Source: Octopus sinensis
Taxonomy: Eukaryota
Length of the DNA: 64,000 nucleotides
Direction: 5' to 3'
NCBI RefSeq assembly: GCF_006345805.1
Contig: NC_043014.1
Location: 38,564,001-38,628,000, forward strand
Shown: positions 40,593 to 54,832 of the stretch, piece by piece
How the letters are laid out: each line of letters begins with the position of its first letter
How positions within the stretch are numbered: position 1 is the stretch's first letter
Position numbers and translations under genes: made by a program
The notes under the pieces: generated by a model
What the model saw: the letters and a program-made list of their open reading frames with translations, nothing else
Told to the model about the DNA's origin: nothing
Database searches by the model: none

Positions 40593-41461
40593 TTAGTAGT
40601 AATAATAATTATTATTATTATTATTATTATCATCAGTTGTCTGTAAACCCATTAGAATTTAGCTGAATCATAAGTATATCGTACGTCAAAACTAGTATTG
40701 AATCACGGGTCACTTGAAACATTTGCTTCAACACAAATTGTATTCATTGCTGAATGACCTGGAACTATGATATACTCGTTACCTGTTTAACAAGATTAGG
40801 TCAAAAGCAGTGGTAATGGGATATTTTTTCGTCCGTTTTGTTCTTTAAATTTACATTTTTATATTTTTATTGTTTACTTGTTTCAGTCATAAGACTGCAA
40901 CCATGCTACAGCACTGCCTTGAAGGGTTTCACTGAACAAATCCTAAGACTTTTCTAGGCCCAATATTTTTTCGCTTAGTCTCTTTTGCCAAATCATTAAG
41001 CTATAGATGGTGGCAAACACAAATACACACACACACACACACACACAATCATCATCACCATCATCATCATCATCATTTGACATCTACTTTCTATGTCGAC
41101 ATGGGTTAGATGGTTTGACTGGAGCTGGTCAGCTGGAGAGCAGCACCAGGTTCCAGTCTGATTTGGTATGGTTTTCTACAGCTGGAGGCCCTTCCTAACG
41201 CCAACCACTCCAAGAGTGTAATGGGTGCTTTTCTGCATGCCACCAGCACAGATGCAATTTACCTGTCACTGGTAACGAGCACGGTTATGATTTCACAGGT
41301 GTCATTTACATGACACTAGCAACAGTCACGAATAAGTACCAGTTAATGGCTGGAATGATTTAATTTTATTTTACTCTGCTCCTATAAACATAATTATGTT
41401 TACACGAGTGGTGGATGACAAAATCAGTGGTTTTCAGCTAGGAATAACCATGCCTCAGACA

Positions 41462-41890
41462 TTGGTTATTGCTAAGGCGGCAAGCTGGCAGAAATGTTAG
41501 CACGCCGGGTGAAATGCATAGCCGTATTTCGTCTGATGCTACATTCTGAGTTCAAATTCCGGCGAGGTCGACTTTGCCTTTCATCCTTTTGGGGTCGATA
41601 AATTAAGTACCAGTTACGCACTGGGGTCGATGTAATCGACTTAATCTGTTTGTCTGTCCTTGTTTGTCCCCGCTGTGTTTAGCCCCTTGTGGGTAATAAA
41701 GAAATAGGTATCTCGTCTGCCGTTATGTTCTGAGTTCAAATTCCGCCGAGGTCGACTTTACCTTTCATCCTTTCGGGGTCGATAAATTAAGTACCAGTTA
41801 CGCACTGGGGTCAATGTAATCGTCTTAATCCGTTTGTCTGTCCTTGTTTGTCCCCTCTGTGTTTAGCCCCTTGTGGGTAGTAAAGAAATA
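41462..41890 (+). mobile_element. SINE family B, head plus two tandem body units, 19-bp TSD
   Basis: TSD aataacc(a/g)tgcctcagaca at 41443-41461 and 41891-41909; each unit ends ccccttgtgggtartaaagaaata. Confidence 0.85.
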
Positions 41891-42366
41891 AATAACCGTG
41901 CCTCAGACAACCCCCACTGGTGATACAAAATGCCTTGTGGTATTTAGTTATATCCTTCTGAATTCTAAGTTTCACAGCAGACTCCTTTCAGGTTCTGTCT
42001 AGCAAATTCACTCATAAAGCAGTGGTCAGCCTGGGACTACAGTAGAAAACACTTGCCCATGGTGCAACACAGTGGGACTGAACCCCAAAACCACATGTTG
42101 CAAAGCAAGCTTACTCTTACTCTCTTTTACTCTTTTACTTGTTTCAGTCATTTCACTGCGGCCATGCTGGAGCACCGCCTTTAATCGAGCAACTCAACAC
42201 CGGGACTTATTCTTTTGCAAGCCCAGTACTTATTCTATCGGCCTCTTTTGCCGAACCACTAAGTAACGGGGACATAAACACACCAGCATCAGTTGTCAAG
42301 CGATGTTGGGGGAACAAACACAGACACACAAACACACACACGCATATAATATATATATATATATAT

Positions 42367-42527
42367 ATATGCGAATATAAACAAGAAGGGTAGTAATATT
42401 ATTTACTACCAGGTGCCCAGCACAAAAGACGAATTAGTCATAAGACAAAAATAATGACTAATTCGTCTTTTGTGCTGGGCACCTGGTAGTAAATAATATT
42501 ACTACCCTTCTTGTTATATTCGCATAT
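42367..42527. repeat. Near-perfect inverted repeat, about 75-bp arms, 12-nt loop
   Basis: 42367-42441 versus 42454-42527; one indel. Confidence 0.92.
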
Positions 42528-42860
42528 TACATGATGGATTTATTCGTAAAATTCTTCCCGCCATGCCCTATACTGCCGTGTAAGTTTTGCGTCTGCGCAG
42601 AGATTTGAAAAGTTAAGATCTGCTAGTAGTCGAGATCAACACATGGTCCCACATCGCTGCAGACCTCGATTCAATTTAGGCGACTCGCTGACGAAGCTAG
42701 CCTTAGCAAACATATTCTGTGTTTTGCTAGAAAGAAGCAGAAACCGCGGTTCGAGTTGTTAAAGTTATCGGTAAACGTTTTTGATTTTCACTCTCGATAA
42801 ATTCATCCCCTTTTTGTGTTCCCAGCACTCGGCATCTTAATTTAGGAGCCCTTAATTGTA

Positions 42861-42921
<61 letters not shown>

Positions 42922-43703
42922 TAGATGAAACCATAGCGACTGAAGAAGGGGTTTCTTCTTTGTGTTAATTGTCCTGTACTCTATTTTTTTGTTGTTTAAA
43001 GAAATGTCCAGTTCCTTGGGTTTGTGTCTATGTTTACGTTTCTCATTGTGTTCGACGTCTTTTTGGTGTCCTGTACTCATATATGCGTGTATATGTACAT
43101 GTAGAGGTAGGTACGTACATATATGTTTATATATATGCATGTTTTATTTATTAATATATATATATATGTATATATATATACGACAGGCTTCTTTCAGTTT
43201 CTGTCTACCAAATCCACTCACAAGGCTTTGGTCGGCCCGAGGATATAGTAGAAGACACAGCCCAAGGTGCCACGCAGTGGAACTGAACCCGGAACCATGT
43301 GGTTGGTAAACAAGCTACTTACCACACAGCCACTAAATTTCATATTTGTTTTGTTTGTTTTCTTCGGTCCCTGAGAAAAACGGCAAAGTAACAATTCTGA
43401 TGTTCTAACAATTCTACCAGTTGACTGCCATTAATAATTATGGACTCACCTGTTGAAGACAACATATGACTGTTCAGATTTTGCTGAGCAATTGACTGTG
43501 GCCATGCTGGAGCACCGCCTTTAATCGAGCAACTCGACCCCGGGACTTATTCTTTTGTAAGCCCAGTACTACAATTTGACACCCAGTGATGGTTTGTTTA
43601 TGTCCTTGTAACTTAGCAGTTTGACAAAAGAGAACAATAGCACAAGTAGCAGATTTAAATAAATAAATACTGGGGCTGATTGGTTTGCTTCACAGGAGAG
43701 TCC

Positions 43704-43741
<38 letters not shown>

Positions 43742-43847
43742 TAGTACTGATAATATAATAACAATAGAAAGAAGGAGTTGTTTCTATAGCCTTTGTAGTT
43801 TCTCCAAGACTGGTGAGACCGGCGCTATTAATGTTTCTATTTAACCA

Positions 43848-44449
43848 GGTTTCTAATTTCTTTATTGCCCACAAGGGGCTAAACATAGAGGGGACAAACA
43901 AGGACAGACAAACGGATTAAGTCGATTACATCGACCCCAGTGAGTAACTGGTACTTAATTTATTGACTCCGAAAGGATGAAAGGCAAAGTCGACTTGGCG
44001 GAATTTGAACTCAGAACACAGAGGAGGACAAAATACCTATTTCTTTACTACCCACAAGGGGCTAAACACAGAGAGGACAAACAAGGACAGACAAACAGAT
44101 TAAGTCAATTACATCGACCCCAGTGCGTAACAGGTACATAATTTATTGACCCCAAAAGGATGAAAGGCAAAGTCTCAGCGGAATTTGAACTCAGAACACA
44201 GCGGAGGACAAAATACCTATTTCTTTACTACCCAGAAGGGGCTAAACACAGAGAGGACAAACAAGGACAGACAAACGGATTAAGTCGATTACATCAACCC
44301 CAGTACGCAACTAGTACTTAATTTATCGACCCCAAAAGGATGAAAGGCAAAGTCAACCTCGGCAGAATTTGAACTCAGAACGCAGCGGCAGACGAAATAC
44401 CACAAAGCATTTCACCCGGCGTGCTAACATTTCTGCCAGCTTGCCACCT
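43848..44449 (-). mobile_element. SINE family B, head plus three tandem body units, 16-bp TSD
   Basis: TSD tgtttctatttaacca at 43832-43847 and 44450-44465. Confidence 0.85.
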
Positions 44450-44833
44450 TGTTTCTATTTAACCACTCTAACACCCTGCAGGGTGGCTATGAGCAGAGGG
44501 GAAATTTCAAAAAGCCGATTGGAGTAAACCTTGCTCCAGCTCAGTATGTTGTCCAGGGGTTATCTTCATGGGTGGAGGTGGAGAGAAAGCCACTGGTCAA
44601 TGTTATATTTCCCACAATGGAGAGGCATCGCAATAGCATAATTTGACCCTTTCGCTTCATCTTGGTGACGATTTATCATAATATCAGTGTTTAAATTCAA
44701 CCAAAGTATTTATACTGCTCTGACTTATGTTTAACTTGTGCCTCGTTCAAATAAATCACTATTTCAAATGTCTCACCAATGAAAATCTATTACTTATTAT
44801 CATTGTTATTTTCATTATTATTATTATTATTAC

Positions 44834-44866
<33 letters not shown>

Positions 44867-45087
44867 GAAGAAAGTAAGGAATGAATAACTTTTAAGACCG
44901 ATTGCTAAAACCCGTGCAGCATATACCTGAATACTTTCAGAATTTATTAGTCTTCCATTTCCATGCAGTAACAGTGAGTGCAAGACTACAAAATAGAATT
45001 TTATTACTTTCTCACAACTATAAATTCACTTTCAGGAAGATGATGGTACACACACATACACACATACATACATATGTATATATATAC

Positions 45088-45138
<51 letters not shown>

Positions 45139-45224
45139 AGAACAAGAGAAAGTGAACTATAAAAATCAATGAATATGCACCCTAACAATAGTGCTTGATG
45201 AAACAACAGCACCACCACCACCAC

Positions 45225-45227
45225 CAC

Positions 45228-45296
<69 letters not shown>

Positions 45297-45324
45297 CAAC
45301 AACAATAATAACAATAATAGTAAC

Positions 45325-45358
<34 letters not shown>

Positions 45359-45592
45359 GTAACGATGACAATAATAATAATAATAATAATAATGACAATA
45401 ATAATAATAATAATAATGATGATGATGATGATGATGATGATAATAATAATAATAATAATAATATAATAATAATAATAATAATAGTAATAATAATAATAGT
45501 AACAATGACAATAATAATAATAATAATAATAATGACAATAATAATAATAATAATAATAACAATAATAATAATAATAATAATAATAATAATTT
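45225..45592. repeat. Long (TAA)n microsatellite
   Basis: Direct inspection; another lies at 19915-20130. Confidence 0.95.
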
Positions 45593-45744
45593 TCCACAAT
45601 GGTTACAAACAATATGCTGTAAGAAGAAACTATTTTCTTGTGAAAAAAACATTCAGATTTCCTTATCCAAAACCATGTAAAAGGAAGACGAAAGTAAATA
45701 CTAAGAAGAAAAAAAGAATATAAAAAATAAACAATTTCAGACAC

Positions 45745-45758
45745 ATGCACACATATGT

Positions 45759-45789
<31 letters not shown>

Positions 45790-45877
45790 GTGGAAATTGT
45801 GTGTACAGGATGTACATATACAGATTATACATACAGATACATATAAATATACACACACACACACACACATATGTATG

Positions 45878-45920
<43 letters not shown>

Positions 45921-46093
45921 ATATATATATATATAGATAGATAGAGAGAGAGAGAGAAAGAGAAAGGTATGCATGTATATACATATATATATAGAGAGAG
46001 GTATGTATGCATATATGTGTGTGTGTATGTATGTATATGTATGTACGTATGTATGTATATACATGTGTGTATCTATATATGTGTGTGTGCATA

Positions 46094-46180
<87 letters not shown>

Positions 46181-46593
46181 ATATATGTGTGTATCTATAT
46201 ATGTGTATATATGCGTGTGTCTATGTATTTCTATATATATACATATATATACACACACACAAATACATATGCTACACACATATAAATATACACACAGATA
46301 TATATACACACACATATATATATATATATACACATATATATATATATATATATATACATACATATATGTATGTATATATATGTGTGTATCTATATATGTG
46401 TATATATGCGTGTGTCTATGTATTTCTATATATATACATAAATATATATACACACACAAATACATATGCTACACACATATAAATATACACACACATATAT
46501 ATACATATACACACACACATATATATATATATATAACACATACATTTATATATATATCCATACACATATATAGATACACACATATATACATAC

Positions 46594-46637
<44 letters not shown>

Positions 46638-46690
46638 ACGCACTTACAACTTACCACACACACACCTACATATATATAATATATAAAACA
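45745..46690. repeat. Compound TA/CA/CT microsatellite block with an internal duplication of about 190 bp
   Basis: Direct inspection. Confidence 0.9.
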
Positions 46691-46824
46691 ATTTATTTTA
46701 TACGGCAATATATAGTGTACAATATACTATAAGTAGAAACAAATTTCTTGTTAAATAGTTTTCAGATTTCTTATCCCAAACTATGTAAGATGAAGAAGAA
46801 AACACACACACACACAGATACATT

Positions 46825-46888
<64 letters not shown>

Positions 46889-47481
46889 CACACAAGCATA
46901 TATAGATATAAATATGTATAACTATTTATTTTACAAATTACATTTGTCTTTGCAAATTTGGCACAACTTGTTCTATTTTGCTTTTTTTTCCTTTCTTTTC
47001 TTAAGTTTTTCTTATTTCAACAAAGCTTCTCAATAAGAATGAAATTCGAAGAAACTAATAAATTGTTAGCTTACGGCTAAACACTATCAAAACGGAAGCT
47101 AAAGAGGAAGAATTTCTTGCAACATGTACAAGAAAACAAAACAAAAAAATAGAGAAAGAACAAAAAAAATATTTAAAAAATACAGCCTTCCAAAGAAGAC
47201 TGCCTTTCTCTGCTTCTATATGGTTTAGTCAAGCAGTAAACACTATTTCAATAAGATAATCTTTTTGCATTAAAAAAAAGTAATTTTTTTTTATTATTTT
47301 ATTTTTTGCTTTTGTATTAACTTAATTAAAATACATTTCCACAACAAGCCAATGAAAGTGTTTCTCTGTGGTAGTGTATCCTGTTGGATATAGCATGTGA
47401 ATTTCTCCCAGATTATATCTTTACCAGCATTATAAAATAAAATATAAAGGATGCTGTGAATGATGCAGTCCTAGGTACGCT

Positions 47482-47876
47482 CTCTCTTTACTCTTTTTAC
47501 TTGTTTCAGTCATTTGACTGTGGCCATGCTGGAGCACCGCCTTTAATCGAGCAACTCGACCCTGGGACTTATCCTTTTGTAACCCCAGTACTTATTCTAT
47601 CGGTCTCTTTTGCCGAACCGCTAAGTAAAGGGGACATAAACACACCAGCATCGGTTGTCAAGCGATGCTAGGGGGACACACACAGACACACAAACACACA
47701 CATATACATATATATGACGGGCTTCTTTCAGTTTCCGTCTACCAAATCCACTCACAAGGCTTTGGTCGGCCCGAGGCTATAGTAGAAGACACTTGCCCAA
47801 GGTGCCATGCAGTGGGACTGAACCCGGAACCATGTGGTTGGTAAACAAGCTACTTACCACACAGCCACTCCTGCGC
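47482..47876 (-). mobile_element. SINE family A flanked by a 69-bp direct repeat
   Basis: Direct repeats at 47413-47481 and 47877-47945. Confidence 0.85.
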
Positions 47877-48391
47877 TTATATCTTTACCAGCATTATAAA
47901 AAAATATATAAAGGATGCTGTGAATGATGTAGACCTAGGTACGCTATTTCAATTTGAATAATTATTGAATTAACATATAAATGAAAGCTTCGAGGGAGAT
48001 AGATCTGGGGCGCATTTTGCAGCAACATATTCTCCAGGTGTCACTGCTTGTAATGTGGAGGATCGAAAAATCAATAAACACAGGGAGCTGACCAGCTACT
48101 ATCACTTTGTTTTGTTCCTTCTCCAGCCATGCCTGGCTCATAAGGGCCGGTTTTCCGGTTTCCTTGGCGTATAGGTTCCTCTCCTGGACGGGACGCCGGT
48201 CCATCGCAGGTGAGCTGCAAGATGCAGGAGGAAAGAGTGAGAGAAAGTTGTGGCAAAAGTGTCACCTGAAGTTCGCCGTTACCTTCTGCCAGAGCCGCAT
48301 GGAGCTTAGGTGTTTCACTCATAAACACACATACCGCCCGGTCTGAGATTCGAACCAACAATCCCTCAATCGCGAGTCCGCTGCTCTAACC

Positions 48392-48592
48392 CAGTGGTTT
48401 TCAACCAGGGTTCCGCCAGTACAGTCCAGGGGTTCCGCAAGAAGTTACAAAACTGCTAAAATCGGCAGTAATTTTTAATTCTCCTGTGCAAATATGTGTG
48501 CATAAGACTATTAAATTATCGCACAGGGGTTCCTCGAGCCAGTGGAATGTTTCCTTGGGGTTCCGCTCCAGCAAAACGTTTGAAAAGCACTG
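48392..48592. mobile_element. hAT-type MITE inserted into a tRNA-SINE
   Basis: TIRs CAGTGGTTTTCAA / TTGAAAAGCACTG; exact 8-bp TSD ctctaacc. Confidence 0.85.
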
Positions 48593-49154
48593 CTCTAACC
48601 ACTAGGCCACGTGCCTCCACACTATCACTTTGTGCCAGTCGCCATCAAGATGTCAGATATTCTAGGGCCCTGTACTACCAATTTCCTCTGCAAAATAGAG
48701 GTAACAGTGGCCTGTCAAAGAAATGAGCCCCATGAGGTTGAGTGGCTGCTGCAAAGATTGCCATTGGCCATTCTCTGCAGCAACATTATTGCAGTCATTA
48801 CCATGGAGCAAAACCCAGCACAGCTTGGGACCACAGACATCACAACTCATTTCTACCAGCTGAGTGAACTGCAGTAACATGAAATAAAATGTCTTGCTCA
48901 AGGACACAACACACAGCCCGGTCCGGGAAACAAACTCAGAACCTTATGATTGTGAGCCCAACACACTAACCACTGAGCCATGTGCTTTCATATATATATC
49001 ATCATCTTCATCATCATTATCGTTTAACGTCCGCTTTCCATGCCAGCATGGGTTGGACGATTTGACAGAGGACTGGTGAACAGATGGCTGTACCAGGCTC
49101 CAATCTTGATCTGGCAGAGTTTCTACAGCTGGATGCTCTTCCTAATGCCAATCA

Positions 49155-49193
<39 letters not shown>

Positions 49194-50027
49194 ATATATA
49201 TATTCATCATCATCATCATCATCATCATCGTCGTTATATATATATATAGAGAGAGAGAGAAAGAATTTAGAGACAAACCGCTATTTAGTTATTCAATCAA
49301 TACTGAAACGATATTATCTATAATACCCACATATAAATTAATTAGATATACTATAATTATTAATCAAAAAATCTTAAAACAAATCAAACATTACATATAC
49401 ACATATATATATATATATATATAGGGTAAAGACTCCCTTCAATCATGAATGATCATCCAATTGCACCTAGAATGTTACCCTCTGCGGCACAAGTCTGGGC
49501 AAGATTGATTATGGAAAACCAACAGTCACCCATTCATACCAGCCTCCCGTTTCCACACCACTGATGTTATCCAAGGGAAAGGTAAAAGCTGATACAGCTT
49601 GGCACCGGTGGTGTCGCAACTCGTTTCTACACCTGAGTGAACTGAAGCAATATAAAATAAAGTGTCTTTCTCAAGAACTCAACACACAGCCTGGTCCAGG
49701 AAATGAACTCACTACGTCATGATTGTGAGCTTGACGCTCTAACCACTGAGCCATGTGCCTTCACATATTATTAATGATGGGTGAATATTTCTTCATAATA
49801 AATTTCTTTTTGTAAAAAGAAAGGAGAAAAACCACAACTGACCGAGTTGATACAGCCTTGTTAGAGGTAAGAAACCATGAGGGTTTTGTCAGTTTATAGT
49901 GCCTAGTTGATAGTGGCTTTAAGTAGAAGACACTTTCCCAAGGTGCCACACAGTGGGACTGAACTCAAAACCACGTGGCTGCAAAAAACCTTCTCAACCA
50001 CACAGTCATGTCAGCGCCCATAATTAT

Positions 50028-50233
50028 ACTCTTACTCTTTTACTTGTTTCAGCCATTTGACTGCGGCCATGCTGGAACACCACCTTTAGTCGAGCAAATC
50101 GACCCCAGGACTTATTCTTTGTAAGCCCAGTACTTATTCTATCGGTCTCTTTTGCCGAACCACTAAGTGACGGGGACGTAAACACACCAGCATCGGTTGT
50201 CAAGCAATGCTAGGGGGACAAACACAGACACAA

Positions 50234-50308
<75 letters not shown>

Positions 50309-50452
50309 TACGACAGGCTTCTTTCAGTTTCCGTCTACCAAATCCACTCACAAGGCAGAAGACACTTGCCCAAGATGCCACGCAGTGGGACTGAACCCGG
50401 AACGATGTGGTTGGTTAGCAAGCTACTTACCACACAGCCACTCCTGTGCCTA
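50028..50452 (-). mobile_element. SINE family A
   Basis: Family signature. Confidence 0.8.
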
Positions 50453-51965
50453 TGTCATAATTATTTTTAAAAAAAAGTTTCATTTTCCTCCTCCTCCTCA
50501 CCCCTCATCTACCACTTCTCTCTCTCTCTCTCTATGTAACTATTATATAATTACACAACACAAGAATTATGCAAGCTCATTAACAAGTTGTTTACAAGAT
50601 AATTTAAACTGTGTGGGTGAGGTTTTTTTTTGTTTTTTGTTTTAATTTGTTTTGGTCTGGGTTTGAGTTTTTTTTTGTTTGTTTTTTTTTTGCAGAATTG
50701 TGGTGTGGGGTGGATGGGCTGGGTTCTTTGTTCAAGTGTCTCGTTTCTTTACCCAGTGACTGAATAACTGATTGCTATATATAGCAATTAGTTTTATATT
50801 TCTTGGGAGAAGATGGAGGAGTAGGAGGATGGAGGTAATGGTGGACACAGTGGCCAGAGAGAGACAGAGAGAAAGAAAGAGAGAGAGGAAGGTCTGAGTC
50901 TGAGAGTGGGTTAAGGGTGGAAGTAGAGAAGAAAGAAGAAGAAAACGAGAGAGTATAACAAAGGGACCTTCATGGAAGACAGAAGATGAAGCTGGTTCCT
51001 AAATATCCCAATGGTAAAATGTGTCAGATTTCTTCCTACAAGAGTAACAGTAACACATTTTGATTCTAGAAACAGCAGCAGTTGTAGCTGTTGGCGGTTT
51101 TTAAACCAAGGTCAGCTCCGATCCAATAGAACTATGGTGAAAAGCATTTCAGCTGTGATTAGCCCCATCTTTTTCATATGAGTAGAGTACCCAGGATTCC
51201 ATACATTATCCAACACGTCCTTTTCTAAGAATGGTAAGGCATGATATCAGGATGATTTTGGCTTGCATTTCTGGTAAACCAGTTGACCATGTAGGGCAGA
51301 GGTTGTCAACTATTTTGCATCTGTAGACCCCTTTTTTTTTTTTTTACTTTACTCTAGTTAACCCCACTAGCCTTTTGATATTTAGAAAAGTCTCATTATA
51401 TTTTTGTAATTAAATATTATTAATAACTGTATAAAAAAAAAATTCTTGAAATACTTTGCAGGAGTGGCTGTATGGTAACTAACTTGCTTACTAACGACAT
51501 GGTTCCAAGTTCAGTCCCACTGTGTGGCACCATGGACAAGTGTCTTCTACTATAGCCTCAGGTCAACCAAAGCCTTATGAGTGGATTTGGTAGACAGAAA
51601 CTGAAAGAAGCCCATCGTGTGTGTGTGTGTCTATGTATATATGTATGTATGTGTGTGTGTGTATGTGTGTATGTGTGTATGTATGTATGCATGTATGTGT
51701 GTGTATTTGTTTGCGTTTGTGTTTGTCCCTCCAACATTGCTTGAAAACTGATGCTAGTGTGTTTATCAAATCCCATAACATATTTTCTTTTATTCGTTTC
51801 AGTCTTTTGACTGCAGCCATGCTGGAGCACCACCTTTAGTTGAGCAAATCGACCCCAGGACTTATTCTTTATTATGGTATAATATAAACAACAAAGTTAC
51901 CCTTAACCAGAACCCCTAAACAAGCTCAACCCTATGAGAACAATAATTCCAATGAAAATATATAT

Positions 51966-52133
51966 GTAGGTGCAGGAGTGGCTGTGTGGTAAGTAGCTTG
52001 CTAACCAACCACATGGTTCTGGGTTCAGTCCCACTGCGTGGCATCTTGGGCAAGTGTCTTCTGCTATAGCCCCGGGCCGACCAATGCCTTGTGAGTGGAT
52101 TTGGTAGACGGAAACTGAAAGAAGCCTGTCGTA

Positions 52134-52176
<43 letters not shown>

Positions 52177-52408
52177 ATGTGTGTGTGTTTGTGTGTGTGT
52201 GTTTGTCCCCCTAGCATTGCTTGAGAACCGATGCTGGTGTGTTTATGTCTCCGTTACTTAGCGGTTCAGCAAAAGAAACTGATAGAATAAGTACTGGGCT
52301 TACAAAGAATAAGTCCCGGGGTCGATTTGCTCGACTAAAGGTGGTGCTCCAGCATGGCCGCAGTCAAATGACTGAAACAAGTAAAAGAGTAAAAGAGTAA
52401 AGAGAGTA
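51966..52408 (+). mobile_element. SINE family A
   Basis: Family signature. Confidence 0.82.
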
Positions 52409-54224
52409 TACACACACACACACACACAGAAGAAAACAAACAAAATAACCAGGATCATTACAGGTGGAATTTATTAGATCTTAGTGGTTAGGAAATTTGG
52501 CTCATGATCGTAAAGTCATGAGTTCAATTCCCAGCAGTACATCGTGTCCTTGAGCAAGACACTTTATTTAACATTGCTCCAGTCCACTCAGCTAGCAAAT
52601 ATGAGTTGTACCTGTATTTCAAAAGGGCCATCCTCATCACATTCTGAATCATGCTGAATCTCCCTGAGAACTACATTAAGGGTACCCATGTCTGTGGAGT
52701 GCTCAACCACTTGCACATTGATTTCATGTCCCATTGATCAGACCAACAGGAACCCTTGCCATCATAACCAATGAAGTGCCATAACAGGTAGTTAGCTTAA
52801 TCAGAATAAACTCACGGGTCTATTCTTTCACAGTTGTTCTGGAGCTAACCAAAAAAAAAAAAATTTTTTTTTTTGTATTTTCTACTTTCAATATGCTTCC
52901 AATGGGAAACTCAAAGACAAGAAATGTCTGATATGGAAGATAAATTCCACTTAAGTTGCTTCATTAAATTTTCCATATTCATAATTTTAAGCTTTTTTAA
53001 AAATGTTTGGTTTTTTTATCAAATCAATATTTGAATAATTCATTTTCTTTTAGAGATATTTTTATGGAATCTGGAAAAAATTAATTTTTATAGAGAAATT
53101 CTATCTCCTATTATTAAACAGTATTAAAAACCTTAAGCCATAAAAAAAACCATCTATTTTCTTTTCTTTTTCATTTTTTTTTTTTACTGACTATGTGATT
53201 TGAAGGAGATTCGGTTACAGGTGAATGATGAAATATTATCATAGAATATATTCTTTTACACTAAGATGAAAGTGAAAAAATATGTTCCAGGTCTTAACAA
53301 CAACTAAACCAGAGACAGTGACAATCTCAAAAAAAAAAAAAACCACTAAAAAAAAAAAAGTACAAGAGCATGCCTGTACATAACTATGATTCATTCAGCA
53401 CTGATTGTTTAGTGTGCAATGGTCTCAACTGGTTTTTAACCTACAGGCCTCTTTGATTACTATTTTACTCCAGTGGACCCCCATCACCAATCAAAATTTC
53501 AAAACTAATTTTATAGATACTGCTTTCAAAATTCCTATTTTGCTTTTCACATTTTAATCCTTTAGCATTCGGATTACTTAACCAAAGTGTAATGCTTATT
53601 TATTGATGTTGTTTTGAATTAACCATATATTTTCTTGTAGCTTCAAAATTTTAAGGATGTGATTGTTTATTTTTAGACTGACATTGCAGGGCAGTTGTAA
53701 GACAGAATTTGTGGCCAGATGTGACCAGTTTAAATGCTAAAGGGTTAACTTGTGTAGGCTGAACTATGTAAAATGCGAGAGAAAGAAATCTTGCTCTTTC
53801 TTGCAAACGATACATCAAAAACAAAATTTTTTTCATGGACACTTATAATACTACTATGAGTCCTCAATTTACTATTTTGCCTCTGTGGATCCCCCAAAAT
53901 AATATATGGAGCCCTGGGGGTGATACAGACCCTGGTTAAAAACCACTGATCAAAATAATTTATTTTAGCTTCACAAAGCTTTTTGCACACCAGCAAATGC
54001 AATATTTGCTATTTTAATATAAGAGTGACCAGCTCTTAGTGGCTGTGAATGACAACTGATGAAGTGCAATGACACAGACATGTATGGTCTGATGATGTCA
54101 TTCATGGCCTAGTGATATGTTTACACATGTAGTATCTCATAAAGAGAATTTCTTTTCTTAAGACTATTTCTGAAGCTTATTGTCTTTTTATGTCCAAATG
54201 TACAAAGAGATATTGAATATGACA

Positions 54225-54435
54225 CTTTTATTCTTTTACGTGTTTCAGTCATTTGACTGTGGCCATACTGGAGCACCGCCTTCAGTCGAGAAAATCGACC
54301 CCAGGACTTATTCTTTGTAAGCCTAATACTTGTTCTATTGGTCTCTTTTGCCGAACCACTAAGTTATGAGAATGTAAACACACCAGCATCGGTTGTCAAG
54401 GGACAAATACAGACACACAAACATATACACACGCT

Positions 54436-54481
<46 letters not shown>

Positions 54482-54646
54482 TACGACGAGCTTCTTTCAG
54501 TTTCCGTCTACCAAATCCACTCACAAGGCTTTGGCAGGCCTGAGGCTATAGAGAAGACAGTTGCCCAAGGTGCCACACAGTGGGACTGAACCTGGAACCA
54601 TGTGGTTCATAAGCAAGCTACTTACCACACAGCCACTCCTACGTCT
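54225..54646 (-). mobile_element. SINE family A
   Basis: Family signature. Confidence 0.8.
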
Positions 54647-54832
54647 ATAACTGTACACAAGTATATATGAGATACCAATAATTTTCAAATTAAGAATTAA
54701 TCAATCAACTCTGAAACAAAGTTGACAGCTTTCAGTATTTAGGAACCACCATAATGTTAGATAGGAGAAAAACATTAAAGAAATTAAAGAGTAGGCAAGA
54801 CAAGCTTGCTTTCGTTGAGATAAAAAACATAT

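Noticed and set aside
54046-54104. C/D snoRNA-like motif (8-bp terminal stem, TGATGA, CTGA)
   Set aside because: Too short, box spacing from the stem is atypical, and it is antisense to the presumed host gene.
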